Counted from the first letter of the stretch, positions 51,339-60,400 are shown. The stretch is DNA of 64,000 nucleotides from an uncultured Actinomycetota bacterium (GCA_963696245.1 CAVOJM010000002.1:18776-82775), one strand, 5' to 3'. The notes: a model not told the origin generated them from the letters alone. Translations and numbers: made by a program.

Positions 51339-52131
51339 CGGACTCCCTCTTCGCCCTCGTCAGCACGGCCCGCGCCGCGAGCTCGTGATCGGGTGGGTAG
51401 GCGACCTCCTCGAGCGTGAGCCCGTGGGCGTGCATGACGGTGACCCCCGGGTTACGCACCTCGGCCTGCAGGATCTCGTCCGCCCAGTCGACCGGCTGTC
51501 GGCCCTCGCCGATCAACATCAGGCAGCCGACCAGCGCCCGCACCATGCTGTGGCAGAACGCGTCGGCCACCACGGTGCCGACCAGGAGCCCCGTCTCGTC
51601 CCGGGTCCAGGACAGGTCGAGCAGGGTGCGGATCGTGGTCGCGCCCTCGCGCTGCTTGCAGAAGGACGCGAAGTCGTGCCGTCCGACCAGCAGCAGTGCT
51701 GCGGCGTTCATCGCGCGCTCGTCGAGGGGCCGCGGCCAGGCCAGCACCTGGGCGCGCATGAGCGGGTCGACGTACGCCGCGTCGTCGGCGATCCGATAGG
51801 CGTAGCGCCGCCACAGCGCCCCGAAGCGGGCGTCGAAGCCGTCCGGTGCGGCGACCACACGCCGTACGCGCACGTCGGCAGGCAGGATGCCGTTGAGCCG
51901 GCGCAGCAGCCGCTCCGTGTCGGGCGGATCGTCGAGGTCGACGTGCACCACCTGTGCGCGTGCGTGCACGCCGGAGTCGGTGCGCCCGGCGCACACCACG
52001 GCGGCCGAGTCGATCCGCAGCACGGTGGCGATCGCGCCCTGCAGCTCCCCCTGGACGGTCCGCAGCCCGGGCTGGACGGCCCAGCCGTGGAAGTCGGTGC
52101 CGTCGTAGGCGAGATCGATCCGGAGGCGCAC
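51331..52131 (-). CDS. truA: tRNA pseudouridine(38-40) synthase
   Basis: AYDGTDFHGW, AGRTDSGVHA, FDARF, HDFASF, FCHSMVR, GLTLEEVAY. Confidence 0.96.
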   Translation of the reverse strand: MRLRIDLAYDGTDFHGWAVQPGLRTVQGELQGAIATVLRIDSAAVVCAGRTDSGVHARAQVVHVDLDDPPDTERLLRRLNGILPADVRVRRVVAAPDGFDARFGALWRRYAYRIADDAAYVDPLMRAQVLAWPRPLDERAMNAAALLLVGRHDFASFCKQREGATTIRTLLDLSWTRDETGLLVGTVVADAFCHSMVRALVGCLMLIGEGRQPVDWADEILQAEVRNPGVTVMHAHGLTLEEVAYPPDHELAARAVLTRAKRESDD

Positions 52132-52170
52132 GGTCAAGAAGCCTATTGCGTCCACTCCTAGGCTCTTCAT

Positions 52171-53850
52171 GTGAGCACTCCGATGCCGGCCATCGTGCTG
52201 ATCTCAGCCGACCACCCCGACGAGATGGTGGCGGGATTCGCCCGCTACCAGCAGGAGTACGACGTCCGCGTGACGGGCTCGCTCCGCGAGGCGCTCTTCA
52301 CCACCCGCGACATCCTCACCGAGGGCGGCACCGTCGCGATGTTCGTGACCGAGTCCGTGCTGCCCGACGCCGACGTGCACATGGCCTTCCACAAGCTGCG
52401 CGAGAAGGTCCCGACCGCCCGGCGGTTGGTCGCCGCCCACTGGGACCGCTTCGCTGCAGACGGCCCCGGGCTGCGGCCCGGGATGGCCAAGGGCAAGTTC
52501 GACGCCTTCTTGCTGATGCCCCGCGGGTTGCGCGACGAGGAGTTCCACAACGCCGTCACCGACCTGCTGTCCGACTGGGGCTCGACGGTGGCAGACCCCG
52601 AGGTCGTGGCGGTCAAGATCATCTCGCCGGTCCGCGACGCCCTGACCCTGGGGATCCGCGACTTCTTCGACCGGATGGGCATGCCCAGCCGGGTCTGGAC
52701 CCCCGACAGCGAGGTCGGGCAGCTCGTCCTCGGTCAGTACGACGGGGAGGTCGGCTACCCGCTCGTCTACGCGCACAACCGACCGACGATCGTCGCCACC
52801 TCGGTCCGCGACGTGGCCATCTCGATGTACGGCGCACCCACCGAGATCGACCTCGACCACGTCGTCGACGTGGCGGTCGTCGGTGGCGGCCCGGCGGGCC
52901 TCGCGGCCGCGGTGTACGCCGCCTCCGAGGGCCTCTCCACCGTCGTGCTCGAGGCCGAGGCGATCGGCGGCCAGGCCGGCACCAGCTCGATGATCCGCAA
53001 CTACCTCGGCTTCCCGCGCGGCATCTCCGGGATGCGGCTCGCCCAGCGCGCCCGCAACCAGGCACTCCGCTTCGGCACCACCTTCTACACCGGCCAGGTC
53101 GTCGACGAGCTGCGGCCGGGCTTCGACGGCGACCCGCACGTGCTCTGCACCGACAGCGGCGAGGTGCGCGCCCGGTCGGTCGTGATCTCCAGCGGGGTTG
53201 CCTACCGCAAGCTGCGTGTCGAACCGGTCGAGGAGCTGGTCGGCATGGGCGTCTACTACGGCGCCGCGATGACCGCGGCCCGAGAGATGGAGGGACAGGA
53301 CGTTTTCGTCGTGGGTGGCGGCAACTCGGCCGGCCAGGCCGCGGTCCACCTCTCGCGCTTCGCCCGCCACGTCACCATCCTGGTGCGTCGGCCCGACCTC
53401 GCCGAGACCATGTCGGCCTACCTGATCGACGAGATCGAGTACAACTCCCGGATCTCCGTGCGCACCTGCACGGCCGTCGTCGACGGCGGCGGCGACGGAC
53501 GCCTCGAGTGGCTCGGCCTCCAGGACGTCCGCACGGGCGAGGAGGAGAAGGTGTCGGCGTACGGCCTCTTCCTGCTGCTGGGCGCCGAGCCGCGTTGCGA
53601 CTGGCTGCCTGGATCGGTCGCCCGCGACGAGCGCGGCTTCGTGCTCACCGGCCGCGACGTGCCGAAGGAGCAGTGGTCCGACGGACTGCCGCCGGAGAAC
53701 CTCGCCACGACGGTGCCCGGCATCTTCGCCGCCGGCGACATCCGTTCGGGCTCGATGAAGCGGGTCGCCTCCGCGAGCGGCGAGGGTGCCTCCGTCGTAC
53801 CCCTCGTGCACGCGTGGCTGGCGCCGGCGCCCGAGGGGTCACCCGTCTAG
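52171..53850 (+). CDS. thioredoxin-reductase-like FAD-dependent oxidoreductase with extra N-terminal domains
   Basis: GGGPAG, GGQAGTSSMIRNYLGFP, GGGNSA, FAAGD, KRVASASGEG; the CxxC position reads YYGAAMT. Confidence 0.88.
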   Translation: MSTPMPAIVLISADHPDEMVAGFARYQQEYDVRVTGSLREALFTTRDILTEGGTVAMFVTESVLPDADVHMAFHKLREKVPTARRLVAAHWDRFAADGPGLRPGMAKGKFDAFLLMPRGLRDEEFHNAVTDLLSDWGSTVADPEVVAVKIISPVRDALTLGIRDFFDRMGMPSRVWTPDSEVGQLVLGQYDGEVGYPLVYAHNRPTIVATSVRDVAISMYGAPTEIDLDHVVDVAVVGGGPAGLAAAVYAASEGLSTVVLEAEAIGGQAGTSSMIRNYLGFPRGISGMRLAQRARNQALRFGTTFYTGQVVDELRPGFDGDPHVLCTDSGEVRARSVVISSGVAYRKLRVEPVEELVGMGVYYGAAMTAAREMEGQDVFVVGGGNSAGQAAVHLSRFARHVTILVRRPDLAETMSAYLIDEIEYNSRISVRTCTAVVDGGGDGRLEWLGLQDVRTGEEEKVSAYGLFLLLGAEPRCDWLPGSVARDERGFVLTGRDVPKEQWSDGLPPENLATTVPGIFAAGDIRSGSMKRVASASGEGASVVPLVHAWLAPAPEGSPV

Positions 53851-54088
53851 GGCGTGTCTCTCCATCCTCGGGTCAGCGGTGAGTCAGCAACCATGTGGCG
53901 AACTCAGACGGCGGCAAATGGTTGCCCACTCACCGCCAGCCGGGGTCGCCGCGGGCAGCGGTGAGTCAGCAACCATTGGCGGACTCAGACGGCGGCAATG
54001 GTGCCTACTCACCGCCGACCCGGAATCGCCGCGAGACTGCGTGATAGGCGGCGTGCAGCAGGTCATGGGATCGGGAGACATGCCCTAG
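53847..54088. mobile_element. MITE-like non-autonomous element with terminal inverted repeats and CTAG ends
   Basis: Left CTAGGGCGTGTCTCTCCATCC versus reverse complement of right end CTAGGGCATGTCTCCCGATCC (18/21); no transposase. Confidence 0.7.
53874..54016. repeat. two tandem hairpin units, 82-bp period
   Basis: CAGCGGTGAGTCAGCAACCAT...ACTCAGACGGCGGCAA...ATGGT..GCC.ACTCACCGCC at 53874-53937 and 53956-54016. Confidence 0.88.
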
Positions 54089-54957
54089 CTAGAGCTCTGA
54101 GCGATACGGCGGGTTCGCACCCGGTCGCGACACCGTCACGGCCGCCGCGCGCGCCGCGTGGGCGAGCACCTCGGCGATCTCGTCCGGGGTCAGGTTCAGC
54201 CCGCGGTCCCAGACCGCGTCGATGACTGCGGCTCCGAAGGTGTCGCCGGCGCCGATCGTGTCGGCCACGTCGACCGGTTGCGACGCGACCTCGACCACGG
54301 TGACGCCGAACCACGTCGCACCGTCGCCACCGCGGGTCACGACCACGGCCGTCGGGCCGAGCGCGCGCAGGTGTGCGGCGGCTTCGGCGAGCTGAGGTCC
54401 GGGTAGAGGCTCTCCAGGTCCTCGTCGGACGCCTTCACCAGGTCGGTGACCGCGACCATCCGCTCGACCTTCGCCACCAGGTCGGGGCCGGTGCCGGTGA
54501 TCGCCGGGCGGGCGTTGATGTCATAGCTGACCATCGCTCTCCCCTGGAGGCTCTTCACCAGGTCGAGGACCTGCTCGGCGCCCGGGTCGAGGACCGCGCC
54601 GAGCGAGCACACGTGCACCACCACCGGCTCGCCCGCGGCGACCTCGCCGATCCGCCACTCCAGGTCGAACTCGTACGACGCCGCGCCGTCCGCCCCGATC
54701 GTGGCGGCGGCCGTCGCGGTCCGGGCCAGGACGTGCGGGTCGCTCGCCAGCTCGACCCCGTCCTTCGCCAGGTGATCCGCGAGCACCCGGCCGCGGTCGT
54801 CGTCGGCCCACGCGGTCACGAACCGCACGTCGCGGCCGAGCCGTGACAGGGCGACCGCCACGTTGGCGGCACTGCCCCCGGCGTACTCCCCCGTGCTGCC
54901 GTCCGACGCGTGCACGATGTCGATCAGCGACTCACCCACGACCAGCGCGCTCTTCAT
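54089..54957 (-). CDS. PfkB-family carbohydrate kinase (fructokinase-like), frameshifted about 54345-54400
   Basis: VVGESLID, GGSAANVA, YDINARP, VKASDED; shifted frame VVTRG, DTIGAGDTF. Confidence 0.9.
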
Positions 54958-54975
54958 GGGACGTATCTTGCCTCC

Positions 54976-55320
54976 ATGGACGTGCACCCGCTCGACTCGA
55001 CCTCCGAGGTCCCTCCCTTCGAGCAGCTCCGGGTCCAGGTCGCCACGCGCGCCGCCTCCGGCGACCTTCCCGCCGGCACCCGCCTCCCGACCGTCCGGGC
55101 CCTCGCCGCCCAGCTCGGCCTCGCCGTCAACACCGTCGCGAAGGCCTACCGCGCCCTCGAGTCCGACGGCGTGATCGCCACCGAGGGCCGACGCGGGACC
55201 TTCATCTCGGGGGCCAGCGGCAACGCGCGCGACGCCGCCGATGCGTACGTCGCCACCGCGCGCCGCCTCGACCTCACCCTGAGGGAGGCCGTCCGCCTCG
55301 TCGAGCAGAGCTGGCCGTAG
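54976..55320 (+). CDS. GntR (YtrA-type) transcriptional regulator
   Basis: PPFEQL, GTRLPTVRALA...NTVAKAYRALE...GRRGTF; short C-terminus. Confidence 0.9.
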   Translation: MDVHPLDSTSEVPPFEQLRVQVATRAASGDLPAGTRLPTVRALAAQLGLAVNTVAKAYRALESDGVIATEGRRGTFISGASGNARDAADAYVATARRLDLTLREAVRLVEQSWP

Positions 55321-55326
55321 CCCACC

Positions 55327-55378
55327 CCGGTGGTTGAGGAAGGCGCGCGGCGCCTGTCTCGAAACCCCCGCAGCCAAC
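55327..55378 (-). repeat. REP-like dispersed repeat, copy C
   Basis: CCGGTGGTTGAGGAAGG-CGCGCGGCGC-CTGTCTCGAAACCCCCGCAGCCAAC; inverted relative to copy A. Confidence 0.85.
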
Positions 55379-55394
55379 GCGCCGACCCTGCCCG

Positions 55395-56100
55395 TCAGTC
55401 GCCGACCAGCACCGGACGGGCCTCCACGACCCGCAGCCCCTGCGCCTGACCCGGGATCGTCACCGTCCCGTCCACGTCGCGCCACGGCCCGTTGCCCACG
55501 CGGAACCGGGCTGCATAGGTCGTGTCCACCCGAGGCGCCACCCGGCCCTTCGACAGGTAGCGGTGCGTGACATCGAGGTCCGGGTACGGCGACCCACCAC
55601 TCGCCGTCGACCTGGACGCACCATCGCCGAACCGCCACCCGAACCTGCGACGGCCAGATCCTCAGCTCCACCCGCTGACCCAGCAGGTTGACCGTCCGCG
55701 TGAACGCATCGTCGTCGGTGTAGAAGTTCGTCTCGAAGTTCACCAACGTCCGCCCGTTCGGCGGCTGCACCTGCAGCTCCGACGCCGGTAGCGGCAGGCG
55801 CCGGAACGCCGCGCGACCGAGACCCGGGGTCACCGTAGGCGCCAGCGCGCTCGTCGTAGCCGGTCGCAGAGCTTCGGTCCGAGTCCATGCCAGTCGCAGA
55901 AGCCTCGCGACGCAAGGACGTCCGATATCCGACGTCGCGCAACATGCAGCGTGGCCGGAGCGTCTTCGGTGGCGACGAGCGGCGGCGCGCACCCGGACTA
56001 GTGATGAGTCACTGACGCTGCGAATCCATCGCTTGCACGGAGTGACGTGACTCCCGTCGGTGCGGCCGCAGAGCTGCCGTGAACCAGCACCAGCGGCGAG
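55395..56100 (-). CDS. putative secreted protein with PKD-like C-terminal domain (frameshifted, start uncertain)
   Basis: AFRRLPLPASELQVQPPNGRTLVNFETNFY; next frame GWRFGDG...GSPYPDLDVTHRY...VDTTYAARFRVGNGPW...EARPVLVGD to stop at 55395. Confidence 0.6.
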
Positions 56101-56149
56101 CAACAGTGCGACGACGCAGAGGACCGCGAGTCACGACGCTCACCCTCAC

Positions 56150-56698
56150 GAACTCTGATCCGAACCGAGCCACCGTCGCCTCGACCCAGGATCACCCCGA
56201 ACTCGCTGTGTGCTCGCTCGGACCGTCTTGATCATCGTCGTCGGACCGTCATAGCCACGCGCTCCGCGCCGCTTCGGACGTCGACACCCAGCACTCGCTT
56301 CAGGCTGCGACCATCGCTGACATCGACAGCCGTCGAGTCCACCCGAGCGCGACCACCTGTCGACGTGCCCGTCATCGCGATAAGCGCTCTCGAGTAGGCC
56401 TGCGCATCGGACGCTCGCAGTTCTGACACTCCGGCTGCAGGGTCAGACGCCATGAACTGCGGCGTAGTCACCCGTCGCGAGCGCATCGTTCCAGATGCCT
56501 CGACGCCACGCTCGACGAAGGCCTGCGCTCGTCGTCCGGTCAGCTTGGGTGACGCGCGACGGGCTGGACGTCGACGGACGTCGGCGACACGGTCGGCGTC
56601 GGCGCGAACTTGGGCTCAGGGTCATCGCCGGAGCACGCGCCGAGCGCGAGCACCGACGTGCACGCCAGCGCGGTGAGGACCGTCCGAGTACGGGTCAC
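56150..56698 (-). CDS. putative lipoprotein (DUF6318-like), badly frameshifted, 3' end uncertain
   Basis: VTRTRTVLTALACTSVLALGAC lipobox, SGDDPEPKFAPTPT linker, fragment WNDALATGDY. Confidence 0.5.
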
Positions 56699-56754
56699 GG
56701 GGACGATCATTCCCCGTGCGGAGCCGAACCGAAACGGCAGATTGCCCGCCTGTG

Positions 56755-56798
56755 GAAAACGACGAAGGCCCGCCACCCTCGCGGGTGGCGGGCCTTCG
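56755..56798 (-). terminator. rho-independent terminator of the rpoA-rplQ operon
   Basis: 16-bp perfect stem cgaaggcccgccaccc/gggtggcgggccttcg (56763-56798) followed on the minus strand by TCGTTTT. Confidence 0.85.
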
Positions 56799-56813
56799 AC
56801 TGACTGCTAGGTG

Positions 56814-57515
56814 CTACTCGCCGGCCTTGGTGAAGCCAGCGGCGACCGCGGACTCCTCGGTGTCGAACCAGACCTCAGCGACGGTCTGCTCGAACCACTG
56901 GCCGTCCGGCGTGTGGTACTTCATCGAGTCCTCGTTGCCCTTGATCGGGAAACCCTCGGGGGCAACGCTGGCGTCCTCGAGCGGCACGCTGGACCCGGCG
57001 TACTTGCCGGACGTGCCACCCTCGGTCTCCTCGAAGACATCGGCGTCGACACCCTCGACCTCGACGAAGGTCTCCTCGACCGGAGCCTCCTCGACCGGAG
57101 CCGGGGCGGCGGCAGCCGGAGCAGCCTTCTTCGTCGTCTTCGGAGCAGCCGGCTTGTACGCCTCGGTCACCAGCTCGATCACGGCCATGGGCGCGTTGTC
57201 GCCCTTGCGGGGACCGATCTTGGTGATGCGGGTGTAGCCGCCGGGACGCTCCGAGAACGTCGGAGCGATGTCCGTGAAGAGCGTGTGCACGACCGACTTG
57301 TCGCGGATGGTCTTGAGGACCTCACGACGGTTGTGCAGGTCGCCCTTCTTGGCCTTGGTGATCAGCTTCTCGGCGTGCGGACGCAGCGCGCGAGCCTTGG
57401 CCTCGGTGGTGGTGATCCGGCCGTGCTCGAAGAGCTGGGTGGCCAGGTTCGCGAGGATCAGGCGCTGGTGAGCCGGGCTACCGCCGAGGCGGGGACCCTT
57501 GGTGGGCTTGGGCAT
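56814..57515 (-). CDS. rplQ: 50S ribosomal protein L17 with acidic linker and extra C-terminal domain
   Basis: [37 protein letters not shown]; tail [27 protein letters not shown]. Confidence 0.97.
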   Translation of the reverse strand: MPKPTKGPRLGGSPAHQRLILANLATQLFEHGRITTTEAKARALRPHAEKLITKAKKGDLHNRREVLKTIRDKSVVHTLFTDIAPTFSERPGGYTRITKIGPRKGDNAPMAVIELVTEAYKPAAPKTTKKAAPAAAAPAPVEEAPVEETFVEVEGVDADVFEETEGGTSGKYAGSSVPLEDASVAPEGFPIKGNEDSMKYHTPDGQWFEQTVAEVWFDTEESAVAAGFTKAGE

Positions 57516-57589
57516 TGCTTCACTCTTTTCTCTCCGGCCGTACTAGGTACCGGGGTAGACGACCGGCCGGTCGGCCGATCGATTTGCGA

Positions 57590-58606
57590 TCAGTACTGCT
57601 CGTCCTCGACGAAGGCGTCGTCGTCGTCATCGCCGTACGCCGCGAGAGCGGCGTGCGGGTCGAAGCCGGGCGCGCTGTCCTTGAGGGACAGACCCATCTC
57701 GACCAGCTTGGCCTTGACCTCGTCGATCGACTTCGCACCGAAGTTGCGGATGTCGAGCAGGTCCTGCTCCGAGCGGCTGATGAGCTCACCCACGGTGTGG
57801 ATGCCCTCGCGCTTGAGGCAGTTGTAGGAACGGACGGTCAGCTGCAGGTCCTCGACCGGGAGGGCGAGGTCGGCAGCCAGCTGCTCGTCGACGGGCGACG
57901 GGCCGATGTCGATGCCCTCGGCCTCGACGTTCAGCTCGCGAGCCAGACCGAACAGCTCGACCAGGGTCTTGCCGGCCGAGGCGATCGCGTCACGGGGACG
58001 GATCGACGGCTTGGTCTCGACGTCGATGACGAGCTTGTCGAAGTCCGTGCGCTGCTCGACACGGGTCGCCTCGACCTTGTAGGTCACCTTGAGGACCGGG
58101 CTGTAGATCGAGTCGACCGGCATCCGGCCGATCTCGTTGTCCGCGCCCTTGTTCTGGACGGCGGACACGTAGCCGCGGCCACGCTCGACGACCAGCTCCA
58201 TCTCCAGCTTGCCCTTGTCGGACAGCGTGGCGATCTTCAGGTCCGGGTTGTGCACCTCGACACCGGCGGGCGGCGCGATGTCGGCGGCGGTGACAGCACC
58301 GGCGCCCGACTTGCGGAGGTACATGGTGACCGGCTCGTCGTGCTCCGAGGAGACGACGAGGCCCTTCAGGTTGAGGATGACCTCGGTGATGTCCTCCTTG
58401 ACGCCCTCGATGGTCGAGAACTCGTGGAGAACGGTGTCCACCTTGATGCTCGTGACCGAGGCACCGGGGATGGACGACAGGAGCGTACGACGCAGCGAGT
58501 TACCGAGCGTGTAGCCGAAACCCGGCTCCAGCGGCTCGATGACGAACCGCGAACGGAACTCGTCGACGGTCTCTTCCGACAGAGTGGGGCGCTGTGCGAT
58601 AAGCAC
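57590..58606 (-). CDS. rpoA: RNA polymerase alpha subunit
   Basis: [41 protein letters not shown]. Confidence 0.99.
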   Translation of the reverse strand: MLIAQRPTLSEETVDEFRSRFVIEPLEPGFGYTLGNSLRRTLLSSIPGASVTSIKVDTVLHEFSTIEGVKEDITEVILNLKGLVVSSEHDEPVTMYLRKSGAGAVTAADIAPPAGVEVHNPDLKIATLSDKGKLEMELVVERGRGYVSAVQNKGADNEIGRMPVDSIYSPVLKVTYKVEATRVEQRTDFDKLVIDVETKPSIRPRDAIASAGKTLVELFGLARELNVEAEGIDIGPSPVDEQLAADLALPVEDLQLTVRSYNCLKREGIHTVGELISRSEQDLLDIRNFGAKSIDEVKAKLVEMGLSLKDSAPGFDPHAALAAYGDDDDDAFVEDEQY

Positions 58607-58721
58607 TGGTTATTTCCTTTCCGGGCCCATCCGCTATTTGACGGGTCCGAACTGCAGAGTTGACGGAAGGAGTGGTGGGCGCCCCGGCCCCTGTGACAGC
58701 GGTCGAGGCACCCTCCGGGTG

Positions 58722-59330
58722 TTACTTCTTCGAGTAGAACTCGACGATGAGCTGTTCCTGGACCGGGAGGTCGATCTGGGCCCGGACCGGGAGCTGGTGG
58801 ACGAGCACCCGCATGCGCGACGGGATCGCCTCGAGCCACGCGGGAACGACGCGCTCGCCGTGGGTCTCGCGGGCGACGATGAACGGGGTCATCTCGAGCG
58901 ACTTCTCGCGAACGTCGATGACGTCGTGAGCGGTGACCTGGAAGGACGGGATGTTGACCTTCTTGCCGTTCACCTTGAAGTGGCCGTGCGAGACCAGCTG
59001 ACGCGCGTGGCGACGCGTGCGGGCGAACCCGGCGCGGTAGACCACGTTGTCGAGGCGGCACTCGAGCAGCTGCAGCAGGTTGTCACCGGTCTTGCCCGAA
59101 CGACGGGAAGCCTCGGTGTAGTAGTTGTGGAACTGCTTCTCCATCACGCCGTAGGTGAAGCGAGCCTTCTGCTTCTCCTGGAGCTGCGAGCGGTACTCGC
59201 TCTCCTTGATGCGCGCGCGGCCGTGCTGGCCGGGGGGGTACGGGCGACGCTCGAACGCCGAGTCGCCACCAACGAGGTCGATGCCGAGACGGCGCGACTT
59301 CTTGGTCATGGGGCCGGTGTAACGGGCCAT
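58722..59330 (-). CDS. rpsD: 30S ribosomal protein S4
   Basis: MARYTGP, PPGQHG, RLDNVVYR, ARQLVSHGH, IVEFYSK. Confidence 0.98.
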   Translation of the reverse strand: MARYTGPMTKKSRRLGIDLVGGDSAFERRPYPPGQHGRARIKESEYRSQLQEKQKARFTYGVMEKQFHNYYTEASRRSGKTGDNLLQLLECRLDNVVYRAGFARTRRHARQLVSHGHFKVNGKKVNIPSFQVTAHDVIDVREKSLEMTPFIVARETHGERVVPAWLEAIPSRMRVLVHQLPVRAQIDLPVQEQLIVEFYSKK

Positions 59331-59359
59331 TTCGTAAGTCTCCTAATCCGTTCGGGCGG

Positions 59360-59767
59360 TCAGACGCGCCGGCGCTTGGGCGGGCGGCATCCGTTGTGGG
59401 GCGTGGGCGTGACGTCCTGGATGGTGCCGACCTCGAGGCCGATCGCACCCAGCGAACGAATCGCCGTCTCGCGGCCCGAACCCGGGCCCTTCACGAAGAC
59501 GTCGATCTTCTTCATGCCGTGCTCCATCGCCCGGCGTCCGGCAGCCTCAGCGGCCATCTGCGCGGCGAACGGGGTGGACTTGCGCGAACCCTTGAAACCG
59601 ACGGTGCCGGCCGAGGCCCACGAGATGACCGCCCCAGTGGGGTCGGTGATCGTGACGATCGTGTTGTTGAACGTGCTCTTGATGTGGGCTTCGCCCACGG
59701 CAACGTTCTTCTTCTCCTTGCGGCGCACCTTCTTGGCGCCGGCCGCGGTGCGGCTCTTGGGAGGCAT
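59360..59767 (-). CDS. rpsK: 30S ribosomal protein S11
   Basis: [39 protein letters not shown]. Confidence 0.99.
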   Translation of the reverse strand: MPPKSRTAAGAKKVRRKEKKNVAVGEAHIKSTFNNTIVTITDPTGAVISWASAGTVGFKGSRKSTPFAAQMAAEAAGRRAMEHGMKKIDVFVKGPGSGRETAIRSLGAIGLEVGTIQDVTPTPHNGCRPPKRRRV

Positions 59768-59865
59768 GCAGTTATCTCCTGAAGTAGCTGGTCTGGTGGG
59801 TGATCAGAAAGCGTTCGGTGGTCGAGTAGCAGTTCGCGAGGTACGAGCGAACGGCGTATCGAGAC

Positions 59866-60240
59866 CTACTTGGCCTTCTTCTTGCCGGCAACCGTGCGCT
59901 TCGGACCCTTGCGGGTACGAGCGTTGGTCTTGGTGCGCTGACCGCGGACCGGAAGGCCCTGGCGGTGGCGGCGACCCTGGTAGCTGCCGATCTCGATCTT
60001 GCGACGGATGTCAGCCTGGACCTCGCGACGGAGGTCACCCTCGATCTTGAAGTTGCCTTCGATCGCGTCGCGGAGCTTGACCAGCTCTTCGTCACCCATC
60101 TGGTGGACGCGCATGTTCGGGTCGACCCCGGTGAGCGCCAGCAGCTGCTGGGAGCGAGTACGGCCAATGCCGTAGATGTAGGTGAGAGCGATCTCGATGC
60201 GCTTGTCACGCGGGAGATCAACACCAACGAGGCGTGCCAT
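59866..60240 (-). CDS. rpsM: 30S ribosomal protein S13
   Basis: [36 protein letters not shown]. Confidence 0.99.
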   Translation of the reverse strand: MARLVGVDLPRDKRIEIALTYIYGIGRTRSQQLLALTGVDPNMRVHQMGDEELVKLRDAIEGNFKIEGDLRREVQADIRRKIEIGSYQGRRHRQGLPVRGQRTKTNARTRKGPKRTVAGKKKAK

Positions 60241-60400
60241 GTGGCGGTTTCCTTATCAGTTTCACAGAGGTGTCTGTCGTGACGCGTCCCGGCCCTCGTC
60301 GGACGGGCTCCGGCCTTCTGCTCCGGAGGTGATTCGCTGGACGTGGTGTCCAGCTAAGCGATCACGTTTGAGGTTGTTCAGTTGTGCTGCAGAACTGCGT

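Noticed and set aside
53874-54016. Possible CRISPR array
   Set aside because: Only two units; the would-be spacers are near identical, the units are long hairpins, and there are no cas genes.
54337-56103. 588-aa ORF joining a secreted-protein fragment to pfkB
   Set aside because: Open-frame run-through in high-GC DNA across gntR antisense and a repeat; pfkB has its own start at 54957.
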